From Thermoleophilia bacterium (GTDB lineage: Bacteria; Actinomycetota; Thermoleophilia; Miltoncostaeales; Miltoncostaeaceae): DNA of 64,000 nucleotides. The notes beneath the pieces were generated by a model, which was not told where the DNA came from, did not search any database, and was given only the letters and a program-made list of their open reading frames with translations. The stretch spans positions 46,450-110,449 of the forward strand of contig JAXLST010000017.1 in NCBI GenBank assembly GCA_046330435.1, given 5' to 3'. Positions 37,600-46,198 of this stretch are shown one piece after another (position 1 is the stretch's first letter; each line of letters opens with the position of its first letter). The position numbers and the translations under genes are program-made.

Positions 37600-38144
37600 T
37601 GCGTCTCCGGGGCATGACCGTGACCACGCAGACCGACGCGGACCTCGTCCGCGAGGCGCAGGACGGCTCCCGCCCCGCGGCGGAAGCCCTGTTCGAACGG
37701 CACTGGCCCCGCGCGTGGCGCGCCGCGTACGGGGTGCTCGGCGACCGGCAGCGCGCCGACGACGCGGCCCAGGCCGCGATGGTGCGGGCGCTGGAGCGCA
37801 TCCGCTCGATCCGCGACGGCGCGTCCTTCGGGCCGTGGCTCATGCGGATCGTGGTGCGCGAGGCGCTCGACGGGCGGCGGCGCACCCGCCGCGAGGCGCC
37901 GCTGGACGACGCGGCGTCGATCCCCGCGGGCGAGCCCCCCGAGAGCCCCGACCCCGCCCTCGCGGAGGCGATGCGCGCGCTGAGCCCCGACCGCCGCGCC
38001 GTCGTGGTGCTGCATTTCTGGCTGGGCCATTCCCTCCCGGAGGTCGCCGGCATCCTCGGCGTGCCGGAGGGCACGGCCCATTCCCGCCTGTCGCGGGCCC
38101 TCACCCAGCTCCGCGCCCACCTGGAGGTGCCGCATGGCCGCTGA
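37599..38144 (+). CDS. ECF-type RNA polymerase sigma-70 factor
   Basis: Region 2 (FERHWPRAWRAAYGVLGD...FGPWLMRIVVREALD). Region 4 (VVVLHFWLGHSLPEVAGILGVPEGTAHSRLSRAL). The start may be ATG 37614. Confidence 0.88.
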   Translation: MRLRGMTVTTQTDADLVREAQDGSRPAAEALFERHWPRAWRAAYGVLGDRQRADDAAQAAMVRALERIRSIRDGASFGPWLMRIVVREALDGRRRTRREAPLDDAASIPAGEPPESPDPALAEAMRALSPDRRAVVVLHFWLGHSLPEVAGILGVPEGTAHSRLSRALTQLRAHLEVPHGR

Positions 38145-39084
38145 CCTGGAGGACCGCCTCGCCCGTCTGGGCGACGCCGCCGCACCGGACGACGGTGCCA
38201 CCGCCCGCGCCCGGGCCGCCGCCCTGGAGGCTCTGCCCGCCGGGCGCCGCCGCCGGTCGTGGCGCCACCTGCTCCCCCGGCGGCGCACCATGTCGGTCGC
38301 GTTCGCGGTGGCCGGGACCGTGGCAATCGCCGGCGTGCTGGTGCTGTCCCTCCCGCGCGGCGCGGACCGCCCCGTGCCGGCCGGGATCACGCTGGTCGCC
38401 ACCGCGCCGTCGCCGGGCGGGGTCGTCGATGCCGCCGACCTGGAGACGACCGCGCAGATGATCGACCGCCGCGCACGGATCATGCGCATCGACGGGGCCG
38501 ACGCCGAGGTCGTGGACGGGGACATCGTGCTGCACCTCCCCGATGACGCACCCCCCGGTGCGCTGCGTGACCTGACCGCCCGCGGCGAGTTCGCGATCTA
38601 CGACGGGATGCGCGTGATCGGGCCGGCCAACGGCAGCAGGCGCCGGCCGCTTCCCGGCCCCGGCCAGCACGTGATCGATGTCCCCGACGGGAAGGCCGGC
38701 ACCGTCCTCCACATCCTCGTGGCCGGCTCCCCGGCCCTCACCAATGCCGATGTCGCCGCCGTGAAACCGGACGTCGTGTTCGGTGACCAGCCGCCGTTCC
38801 TGGAGATCCGCCTGACGACCGCGGGCCGGAGGGCCTTCCACCGTCTCACGCAGCGCATCGCCCAGCGCGGCGCGGTCGAGCGCAGGGTCGGCACGACCAT
38901 GCTGGTCATCGACGGTGAGCTGGTGAGCAGGCCGACCATCGACCCGGAGGAGTTCCCGGATGGGCTCAACAGCCCGGCCGTCGAGATCGACGGCCACTAC
39001 TCGCCCGCGGACCCCTGGCGGCGCATCGCCGCGGCCAAGATCGAGGAGGGGCCCCTGCCGGTGGTCCTCGCCCCGGCCGGCTGA
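38134..39084 (+). CDS. Putative anti-sigma factor: cytoplasmic N-terminus, one TM segment, extracytoplasmic SecD-P1-head-like domain
   Basis: 11-nt overlap with the sigma gene. TM segment MSVAFAVAGTVAIAGVLVL. MLVIDGELVSRPTIDPEEFPDGL...EIDGHYSPADPWRRIAAAKIEEGPLPVVL resembles the SecD periplasmic head. Confidence 0.6.
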   Translation: MAADLEDRLARLGDAAAPDDGATARARAAALEALPAGRRRRSWRHLLPRRRTMSVAFAVAGTVAIAGVLVLSLPRGADRPVPAGITLVATAPSPGGVVDAADLETTAQMIDRRARIMRIDGADAEVVDGDIVLHLPDDAPPGALRDLTARGEFAIYDGMRVIGPANGSRRRPLPGPGQHVIDVPDGKAGTVLHILVAGSPALTNADVAAVKPDVVFGDQPPFLEIRLTTAGRRAFHRLTQRIAQRGAVERRVGTTMLVIDGELVSRPTIDPEEFPDGLNSPAVEIDGHYSPADPWRRIAAAKIEEGPLPVVLAPAG

Positions 39085-39148
39085 GCCGTTTCACCCACGA
39101 AGGGGACGGGAACCCACCGGGCGTCCCGTCCCCCACCCCCGCCATTGG

Positions 39149-39637
39149 ATGAGCCCACCCGATCACCCGCAGCGCCCGTTCCGGGACGAGACGCCCGGTG
39201 AGCGCCGGGACCGCCAGCTGGGCGAGCTGCTGCAGGAGATCCGGGTCACGCTGCCGGGCGTGCAGGTGCTGTTCGCGTTCCTGCTGGCGGTGCCGTTCAG
39301 CGCCCGGTGGGACCGCACCACCGAGCTGCAGAAGGACGTGTTCTTCGCGACGCTACTGCTCACGGCCCTGGCGACGGTGCTGCTGATGGCCCCCACGGCG
39401 GTGCACCGCATGCGGTTCGAGCAGGCCGACAAGGCGCACGTGGTGCGGACCGGGCACCGCCTGGTGGTCGCCGGGCTGTGCGTGCTGGCGCTCGCGATGG
39501 CGAGCGCGGTGTTCCTGATCACCGACGTCCTGTACTCGGTGCCGGCGGCGATCGGCGTGGCCGCGGCGTTCCTCGTGGTCGTCGCGGGCACGTGGTTCGC
39601 GATCCCGCTCGCCAGGAACCTCACGCGCGACGACTGA
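39149..39637 (+). CDS. DUF6328-like membrane protein
   Basis: ELLQEIRVTLPGVQVLFAFLLAVPF followed by further TM segments. Confidence 0.65.
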   Translation: MSPPDHPQRPFRDETPGERRDRQLGELLQEIRVTLPGVQVLFAFLLAVPFSARWDRTTELQKDVFFATLLLTALATVLLMAPTAVHRMRFEQADKAHVVRTGHRLVVAGLCVLALAMASAVFLITDVLYSVPAAIGVAAAFLVVVAGTWFAIPLARNLTRDD

Positions 39638-39698
39638 CCGCGCGGCGTCCGGGGTGGGCGTCACCATTCACCCGCGGCCCCGGGACCGGGACCAACAT

Positions 39699-39731
39699 GC
39701 GCGGCGGCGGTTGGGATGGCCGCCGCCGCGC
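39699..39731. terminator. Bidirectional terminator-like hairpin (12-bp perfect stem)
   Basis: GCGCGGCGGCGG-TTGGGATGG-CCGCCGCCGCGC between convergent genes ending at 39637 and 39734. Confidence 0.5.
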
Positions 39732-39733
39732 GC

Positions 39734-40393
39734 CTAGCCGAACAGGCCGCGCACCAGGTCGATCACCGCACGCCCCACGGTGATCTCGAGCACCACGCCG
39801 CCGGCGCCCACCGCGATCCCGGCCGCCACGATCAGGGCGTCCTCCAGCAGCACGCCGAGCGACAGCAGCACCACCCCCAGTGCGGGCAGGGTGTCGAGGC
39901 CGGTGAACGGCGGGGCGAGGAACGCCCCCACGGATCCGCCCACCACCAGCAGGCCGAACACGACCGCGCCACCCCTGCTGGTCACCAGGCGGGCGAACCG
40001 GGGGCGGGAGATGCGCTCGAGGCCGCGGATGAGCCGCAGCAGCGCCCGCACGAGCCTGCCGTCGCCGTCACCCGCGACGCGGAGCGTCTGCCAGCGCCCG
40101 GGAACCCAGATCTCCCGCCGGCCCACGATGAGCTGCAGGGCCGTGAGCACCGCGATGACCTCGAAGACGTGGGTGGCGCCACCGGTTGGCAGCGGCAGCG
40201 CCGGCACCGCCATGAGCAGCGTGAAGACCACCGCGAAGCTCTTCTCCCGTAACAGGTCGATGAGCCCGCCCAGGGTCGTGTCCTCACCACCAAGCCAGCG
40301 CTCCAGGCGCTCGCTGAGCCGGCCGGGGCCGGCGGGGTCCGCGGGATCGGCGGTCACCGCGTGATCCTCCCTCCCCGGCCCCGTCGGCACCAT
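39734..40393 (-). CDS. ExoD-family (exopolysaccharide synthesis) membrane protein
   Basis: LGGLIDLLREKSFAVVFTLLMAVPALPLPTGGATHVFE... typical ExoD layout. Start lies 6 nt after the upstream hydrolase stop. Confidence 0.75.
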   Translation of the reverse strand: MVPTGPGREDHAVTADPADPAGPGRLSERLERWLGGEDTTLGGLIDLLREKSFAVVFTLLMAVPALPLPTGGATHVFEVIAVLTALQLIVGRREIWVPGRWQTLRVAGDGDGRLVRALLRLIRGLERISRPRFARLVTSRGGAVVFGLLVVGGSVGAFLAPPFTGLDTLPALGVVLLSLGVLLEDALIVAAGIAVGAGGVVLEITVGRAVIDLVRGLFG

Positions 40394-40399
40394 GGGCGG

Positions 40400-41233
40400 T
40401 CAGCCCTCCCCGAGGAAGTCCAGCAGCACCCGGTTGAACTCCTCCGCGTGCGACGCGTTGATCCCGTGCGGCCCGCCGGCGATGAGGTGCAGGCGGCCGT
40501 CCTTCACCGACTCGGCGGTCCGCGTGCCGCTCACCTCGACCGGCACGATCGCGTCGGAATCGCCGTGGATCACCAGCACCGGCACGTCGCAGCGCTCCAG
40601 GTCGGCGCGGAAGTCCGTGCCCCACGCCGCGATGCAGTCGTGCGTGCCCTTGGGTGACGCCCACTCGGCGATGTCCAGGGCGTAGCGGCGCTGCTGCTCG
40701 CTCACCTTCAGCTCCCCGCCGGCGCTGAAGAAGTTCGTCATGAAGCCGTCCAGGAACGCCATCCGGTCCCTGCGGACCTCCGCCTGGAACCCGGCGAGCA
40801 GGTCGTCGGTGACACCGCCGTCCGGGTTGTCCGGGGTCTGCTTGAGGGCCGGCGGGATCGCGGCGGCGAACACCGCCTGCGCGACCCGGCCGGTGCCGTG
40901 CGCGCCGATGTACCGCGCCACCTCGCCGCCGCCCATGGAGAAGCCCACCAGCGTGGCGTCGCGCAGGTCCAGGTGGTCCATGAGGGCCTTCAGGTCCGCG
41001 GCGAGGGTGTCGTACTCGTATCCGGACCGCGGCTGGCTCGACCGGCCGAAGCCGCGCCGGTCGTAGGCGACCACCCGGTACCCGGCGTCCACGAGGACGC
41101 CGGTCTGGGCCTCCCAGGAGCGGTTCGACAGCGGCCAGCCGTGGATGAGCACCACGGGGCGCCCCTCGCCGTGGTCCTCGTAGAAGAGCTCGACCGGGGT
41201 GCGGCCGTCGGTGCCGGCGTTCACAGTGGGCAT
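40400..41233 (-). CDS. Alpha/beta hydrolase, non-haem chloroperoxidase/arylesterase type
   Basis: VVLIHGWPLS, GFSMGGGEV nucleophile elbow, VIHGDSD, GGPHG. GGAGG SD before ATG 41233. Confidence 0.85.
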   Translation of the reverse strand: MPTVNAGTDGRTPVELFYEDHGEGRPVVLIHGWPLSNRSWEAQTGVLVDAGYRVVAYDRRGFGRSSQPRSGYEYDTLAADLKALMDHLDLRDATLVGFSMGGGEVARYIGAHGTGRVAQAVFAAAIPPALKQTPDNPDGGVTDDLLAGFQAEVRRDRMAFLDGFMTNFFSAGGELKVSEQQRRYALDIAEWASPKGTHDCIAAWGTDFRADLERCDVPVLVIHGDSDAIVPVEVSGTRTAESVKDGRLHLIAGGPHGINASHAEEFNRVLLDFLGEG

Positions 41234-41302
41234 GGGTCCTCCGTGTCGGGGTTTGCGGGCACGGGTTCCCGCCACGCGGCACCCCCGAACACGGACCGGC
41301 CC

Positions 41303-43831
41303 TCAGCCGGCGGCGGCCTCCTGCGCCACCTCGTCCCACACCACCACGCGGTCGCGACCGGCACGCTTGGCGGCGTACAGGGCCTCGTCCGCCCGGCGCA
41401 TCAGCCCGGCGGCGCTCTCACCGCCGGGGTCGGCGTGGGCGACGCCGGCGCTCACCGTCACGCGGCCGGGGGCGCCGTGGTCCACGCGGCCGAGCGCCGT
41501 GCGCAGCCGTTCGGCGGCATGCCGCGCGTCCTCGCGGTCCACGCCCGGCATGAGCCAGCCGAACTCCTCGCCGCCGATGCGGGCCACCAGGTCACCGCCG
41601 CGGGCCGCCCCGCGCAGCACCTCGGCGATGGCGATGAGGACCCGGTCGCCGGTGAGGTGCCCATGCCCGTCGTTGACCCGCTTGAAGTGGTCGGCGTCGA
41701 ACAGCACCAGGCACAGCCCCGGGCCGCCGGGCCCCACGCGTCCCAGCTCGTCCTGGAGCCGCTGGTCGAAGGCCGCCCGGTTCGCGAGGCCGGTGAGGAC
41801 GTCGGTGGCGGCACGGTCCTCGAGCCGCTGCCGCTCCTCCGCGTTGGCGATGGTGGTGGCCACCAGGTCCGCGAACCGCCCCAGCCGGCCGGCGGTGGCC
41901 GCGTTCAGGCGCGCGGGGTCGGCCCCCACGAACCCCAGCCCACCCCACAGGCGGCCGCGGATGATCACGGGGGCCGCGGCGCCGCCCACCGCGCCGTACC
42001 GGCGCAGGCCGTCGAGCAGCGGGTCGGGACCCTCGGGCCAGCGGTCGACGGCGGCCGGCCGGCCCGTGCGGACCGCGCGGCAGATCGACATGCCGTCCAG
42101 GAGCCGGAACCGGGCACCGGGGCCGATGGCGCGGTGCGCCTCGGGAGCCGAGGCGAGGATGACCATCTCGTCGTCGGACTCCTGGCGCATCACCGACGCG
42201 ATGACCGCGTCGAACAGCACGGCGATGCGGCTGGCGACCAGGTCGAGCACCACCTCGGGGGCGGCGTCGGACGCGACGGCCTGGGCGACCTCGTGCAGCG
42301 CCGCCCGCTCGGCCTCCATATGGGCGCGCTCGGTGATGTCGAACGCGAGGACCATGCCGGCCACGATGCGGCCGTCCGCCCGCACGGGGGTCATGGTGGC
42401 GTCGAAGATCCGTCCCTGAAGATCCTCCCGCCAGTGGAGGGTCTCACCCTCCAGGACCCGGTTGCACGCGGAGGCCGCCCGGTCGCGGTCGCGCTCCGGC
42501 AGCAGCCCGGGCAGGTACCGCCCCTCGCCGTCCTGCCCGTAGGTCAGCGCGCGGATCGACGGCCCCTCGGCGAGCAGGACGGTGAGGTCGTGGTCGTACA
42601 TCAGCACCGCCCCGCCGGGCAGGTGGTCGATGAGGGCCCGGTACCGGCCCAGGCTCTCGGCGAGCGCCGCGTCCATGCGCTTGCGGCGCGCGATGGACCG
42701 CAGGGCCGCCTGGCGCTCCACGACCGCGCCCTCGGCACCGCGCACCGCCCGCACCGTCGCCTCGCACCACTCCCACTGCCCGTCGCCGCGCAGCACCCGC
42801 AGCTCCACGGTGCTGACCCCCGGGGCGGCGTCCAGCTGGGCGCGCCACTCCGGCAGCCGCGCGGCGTCGTCGGGGTGCAGGATCTCCTCCATGTTGCGCC
42901 CAACCAGCCCCTCGGGGTCGAGGGCGAGCAGGCGCGCCGCCGCCGGGGACGCGTACGCGATGCTGGAGTCGGGCAGGGTTCGCAGCACGACGTCGGTCGA
43001 GTTCTCGGCCAGCAGCCGGAACGAGCGCTCCCGCTCCTCCAGGCGCCGCCGTTCCTCGCGCTCGCGGGTGACGTCCCGGAACACGGTCACCACGCCCGGG
43101 GCGTCCTCGCCGGTCAGCGGGATCGGGTGGGCGCTCACCTCGATCCAGGCGCGTCCGCCCTCCCCCCGGTCCACGCCCATCACCATCCGCTCCACCGGCA
43201 TCCCGGTGCGCAGGGCCACCATCGCGGGGTGCTCCGGGCCCGGCAGCTCGGTGCCGTCGATGCGCGTCGCCCGCCACCGCGGATCCAGGGACGTGCGCCC
43301 CGAGAGCTCGTCCTCGCCGAGCCCGAGGATGCGCCGGGCGGTGGGATTGGAGGTCACGATGGTCCCGTCGGCGCGCTGCACGACGATGCCCTCGGTGATC
43401 GCCCCCACCACCGCCTGGTACTCGGCGTCTCGGGCGCGCAGCGCCTCACGGGCGGACGCCTCGATCGACGCGTCGCGCAGCACGCCGACGAATCCGCGGC
43501 CGCCGCCGCGCCGGGCGCCCATCGAGAGCCGCAGCTGCAGCTCCCGGCCGTCCCGATGGAGCCCCACCACCTCGCGGCCCGCCACGCCCAGCACCTCCGG
43601 ATCGCCGCCGTCGCGCAGCCGCGTGACGTGCCCGGGGTGGGCCGACGCGTCGGGGCCGGTCATCAGCATGGCGACGTCCCGGCCGAGGACCTCGTCCGCG
43701 CGATACCCGAACAACCGCTCCGCCGCGGGGTTGAAGGTCTCGATCCGCCCCCGGTCGTCCGTGCAGACGACCGCATCGACGGCGGCCTCGACGATCACCC
43801 GCCAGCTCTCCTCTGAGGGCACTCGAACCAC
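41303..43831 (-). CDS. Sensor diguanylate cyclase: multiple PAS/PAC domains, a GAF-like domain and GGDEF
   Basis: Repeated PAS blocks. C-terminal RVNDGHGHLTGDRVL...ARIGGEEFGWLM (GGEEF active site). Confidence 0.88.
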   Translation of the reverse strand: MVRVPSEESWRVIVEAAVDAVVCTDDRGRIETFNPAAERLFGYRADEVLGRDVAMLMTGPDASAHPGHVTRLRDGGDPEVLGVAGREVVGLHRDGRELQLRLSMGARRGGGRGFVGVLRDASIEASAREALRARDAEYQAVVGAITEGIVVQRADGTIVTSNPTARRILGLGEDELSGRTSLDPRWRATRIDGTELPGPEHPAMVALRTGMPVERMVMGVDRGEGGRAWIEVSAHPIPLTGEDAPGVVTVFRDVTREREERRRLEERERSFRLLAENSTDVVLRTLPDSSIAYASPAAARLLALDPEGLVGRNMEEILHPDDAARLPEWRAQLDAAPGVSTVELRVLRGDGQWEWCEATVRAVRGAEGAVVERQAALRSIARRKRMDAALAESLGRYRALIDHLPGGAVLMYDHDLTVLLAEGPSIRALTYGQDGEGRYLPGLLPERDRDRAASACNRVLEGETLHWREDLQGRIFDATMTPVRADGRIVAGMVLAFDITERAHMEAERAALHEVAQAVASDAAPEVVLDLVASRIAVLFDAVIASVMRQESDDEMVILASAPEAHRAIGPGARFRLLDGMSICRAVRTGRPAAVDRWPEGPDPLLDGLRRYGAVGGAAAPVIIRGRLWGGLGFVGADPARLNAATAGRLGRFADLVATTIANAEERQRLEDRAATDVLTGLANRAAFDQRLQDELGRVGPGGPGLCLVLFDADHFKRVNDGHGHLTGDRVLIAIAEVLRGAARGGDLVARIGGEEFGWLMPGVDREDARHAAERLRTALGRVDHGAPGRVTVSAGVAHADPGGESAAGLMRRADEALYAAKRAGRDRVVVWDEVAQEAAAG

Positions 43832-44182
43832 CTGGGAGACGTACTGTCGGCGACCCGACCGCCGGCCACGCCGACACTACACGTGACGTCCCAAACTTCG
43901 AAAAGCCGCATACGCCCGCAGACGCCACAAGCTCAGTGTTCCTATTCATCCGGCACCGATTTCAGACGAATCCATCCGTCACATATCTCGCAACGGCGAC
44001 GAAAAGGGGCGCGGAGGTCGCTCCACCGGGACGATTCGACGCCCTCCGGCGGAGGCGGCAGCACCTCACGTGAGGACGCGCAGGGTGGAACGAGGACGGA
44101 AATACTGCACACGGCGCCGGCCGGGCCGTCCGACGTCTAGCATCGCGCGCACCGATCCCACGTCCGGAGCATCCGCCAGCAC

Positions 44183-44995
44183 ATGTCGTCGCACATCCAC
44201 ACGAGCCACCACTCCGTCTCCACGGGGTTCACCCAGACCGCCTCCGACTACGAGGACGCGGTGCGGTTCAACATCGAGGGCGCCCAGCGCCTGGTGCTCA
44301 CCATCCCGCCCGGCGAGTACCGGGACGTGCTCGATGTGGGGTGCGGCACCGGCTTCGCGACCCAGGCGGTGATCGACCGGTTCCACCCGGAGCGGATCAC
44401 CGCGGTGGACCCGGCGGAGGGCATGCTGGCGCAGTTCCGCACCAGGTTCGCCGACCCGCAGGGCGTCGAGTTCACCGTCGTGCAGGCGGACGTGGAGCAC
44501 ATGCCGGTGCCGGACGGCGCATTCGACCTGGTGGTGTGCTCGATGGCCTACCACTGGTTCCCGCGCAAGTGGGAGGCCGCCAAGGCCATGGCCCGGGCGA
44601 TGAAGCCCGGCGGGATCATCGCGATCCTCATGTCCGGCCGGGGCGGCGAGCAGGCCTACCGCGACGTGATCGCCAACGTCGAGCCCATCAACTACCGGTG
44701 GCTCGGGGCCTTCGACGGGAACCTGCGCAGCTGCTCCGAGATGGAGGACTACCTGGTGCAGGCCGGTCTGGAGCCGGTGGACATCTGGATGGAGACCCGC
44801 ACCCGCCACACGACCGTGGAGGCGTACATGGAGCGGATGCGGGTGGTCGCGGGGCACATGATCGGCGACCAGTCCGAGGCCGAGGTGGCCGACTACGTGG
44901 CCAAGATCGAGGCGGAGCTGCACCGCCGCTCCGGCCCCCGGGGCTGGACGTACGACTTCGCGAAGCTCTTCGCGATCGCCCGGAAGCCGGCGTAG
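44183..44995 (+). CDS. Class I SAM-dependent methyltransferase
   Basis: Motif I VLDVGCGTGFAT, then DLVVCSMAYHWF. Confidence 0.85.
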   Translation: MSSHIHTSHHSVSTGFTQTASDYEDAVRFNIEGAQRLVLTIPPGEYRDVLDVGCGTGFATQAVIDRFHPERITAVDPAEGMLAQFRTRFADPQGVEFTVVQADVEHMPVPDGAFDLVVCSMAYHWFPRKWEAAKAMARAMKPGGIIAILMSGRGGEQAYRDVIANVEPINYRWLGAFDGNLRSCSEMEDYLVQAGLEPVDIWMETRTRHTTVEAYMERMRVVAGHMIGDQSEAEVADYVAKIEAELHRRSGPRGWTYDFAKLFAIARKPA

Positions 44996-45015
44996 CGGCG
45001 GATCCTGCGGACCGG

Positions 45016-45528
45016 TCAGCCCACGGGCGGGCCGGTCACCACGACGCCGTGCTCAGCGGCGACGGCGGCCAGCACCTCCGGCGGCGGCATCGGGGCGGGT
45101 TCGGGGAGCCCGGGGCGGTCCATCGGCTGCCCCACCGCCCGCACGAACCGCTCGAAGTCGCGGCCGGTGGTGACCACCAGCCAGCGCGCCGGGGTCCCGG
45201 AGGTCACGCGGAAGGTGTGCTCGGCGCCCCGCGGCACGATCGCGAAGTCGCCGGGGCCGACGCGCTCGACGATCCCGTGGCCGGGCAGGTGCAGCTCCAG
45301 CTCCCCGTCGAGCATGAAGAACGCCTCGTCCTCGTCGGCGTGGATGTGCATGGGCGGGTTGCCGGTGCCCGACGGCGGGGCGACGCACTCGATGAACGCC
45401 GCGCGGCCGCCGGTCTCCTCGGCGCCCGCCAGGACGGTGTAGCGGGAGTCCAGCAGGGCCAGGCCGCGTCCCTCGCCGGCGCGGACGACGGCGGGCCGGG
45501 CGGTGACGGTGCGGGCGGTGGTGGTCAC
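45016..45528 (-). CDS. Cupin-domain protein
   Basis: AGGAGG-5nt-GTG 45528. PPMHIHADEDEAFFMLDGELEL...GDFAIVPRGAEHTF. Confidence 0.8.
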   Translation of the reverse strand: MTTTARTVTARPAVVRAGEGRGLALLDSRYTVLAGAEETGGRAAFIECVAPPSGTGNPPMHIHADEDEAFFMLDGELELHLPGHGIVERVGPGDFAIVPRGAEHTFRVTSGTPARWLVVTTGRDFERFVRAVGQPMDRPGLPEPAPMPPPEVLAAVAAEHGVVVTGPPVG

Positions 45529-45605
45529 GGTTCCTCCTGACGCGGGAGCCCATAAGCTCCCTTTGGGACTTTGCTTGACGCCACGGTAAAATCCCAACGG
45601 GAGTT

Positions 45606-46169
45606 TTGTCACCCCCTCGGAGGAACCCCCTGCCGGCGCCCGACCTCAACCCCTTCTCGTACGTCGTCCTGGCCCTGGTGGGCCGCGGCGGCGCGGGGCC
45701 CCACGACATCGTCGACATGATGCGGCGGGGCGGGCGGGTGCACTGGGCGGCGGCGCCCAGCAAGATCTACGCCGAGCCCAAGCGCCTGGCCGGGCTCGGG
45801 TACCTGGAGGCGCAGAAGGCACCGGGCCGCACCCGCGACCGCACCGTCTACTCCCTCACCGACCGCGGCGAGGAGGCCCTGCGGACGTGGCTCGCCGAGC
45901 CCTCGGGGTTCCCCAGGATCCAGAGCGAGGCGATCGTGCGCCTGCTGGCCGGGGACCTCGGCGACGAGGCCGCGCTGCGGGCGAGCCTGGTGGCGATGCG
46001 GTTGGAGCTGGACGAACTGGACGACCTGCTGGCCGCCAGCCGTGCGCGCGCGGCGGAGCTGCCGCACCGGGAGCGGTACCTGCGGCTCATCGGGTCGCTG
46101 GGGCAGCGCCTGGTGGACGCGCACCGGGAGTGGCTGGACGAGGTGGAGGCCGAGCTGGGCGGCGGGTGA
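45606..46169 (+). CDS. PadR-family transcriptional regulator
   Basis: SYVVLALVGRGGAGPHDIV...YAEPKRLAGLGYLE...RTVYSLTDRGEEAL. Start ambiguous: TTG 45606, or CTG 45630 behind GGAGG. Confidence 0.8.
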   Translation: MSPPRRNPLPAPDLNPFSYVVLALVGRGGAGPHDIVDMMRRGGRVHWAAAPSKIYAEPKRLAGLGYLEAQKAPGRTRDRTVYSLTDRGEEALRTWLAEPSGFPRIQSEAIVRLLAGDLGDEAALRASLVAMRLELDELDDLLAASRARAAELPHRERYLRLIGSLGQRLVDAHREWLDEVEAELGGG

Positions 46170-46186
46170 GCCCGGGGCCCGCCGCG

Positions 46187-46192
46187 TAGCAT
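46187..46192 (+). promoter_or_regulatory. Candidate -10 box (TAGCAT), leaderless start at GTG 46199
   Basis: TANNNT hexamer 6 nt upstream of the GTG. Confidence 0.35.
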
Positions 46193-46198
46193 GGCGCG

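Noticed and set aside
43990-44182. Possible riboswitch upstream of the SAM-dependent methyltransferase
   Set aside because: I could not match the sequence to SAM, c-di-GMP, guanidine, ZTP or other consensus cores from memory. Left as an unexplained intergenic region only.
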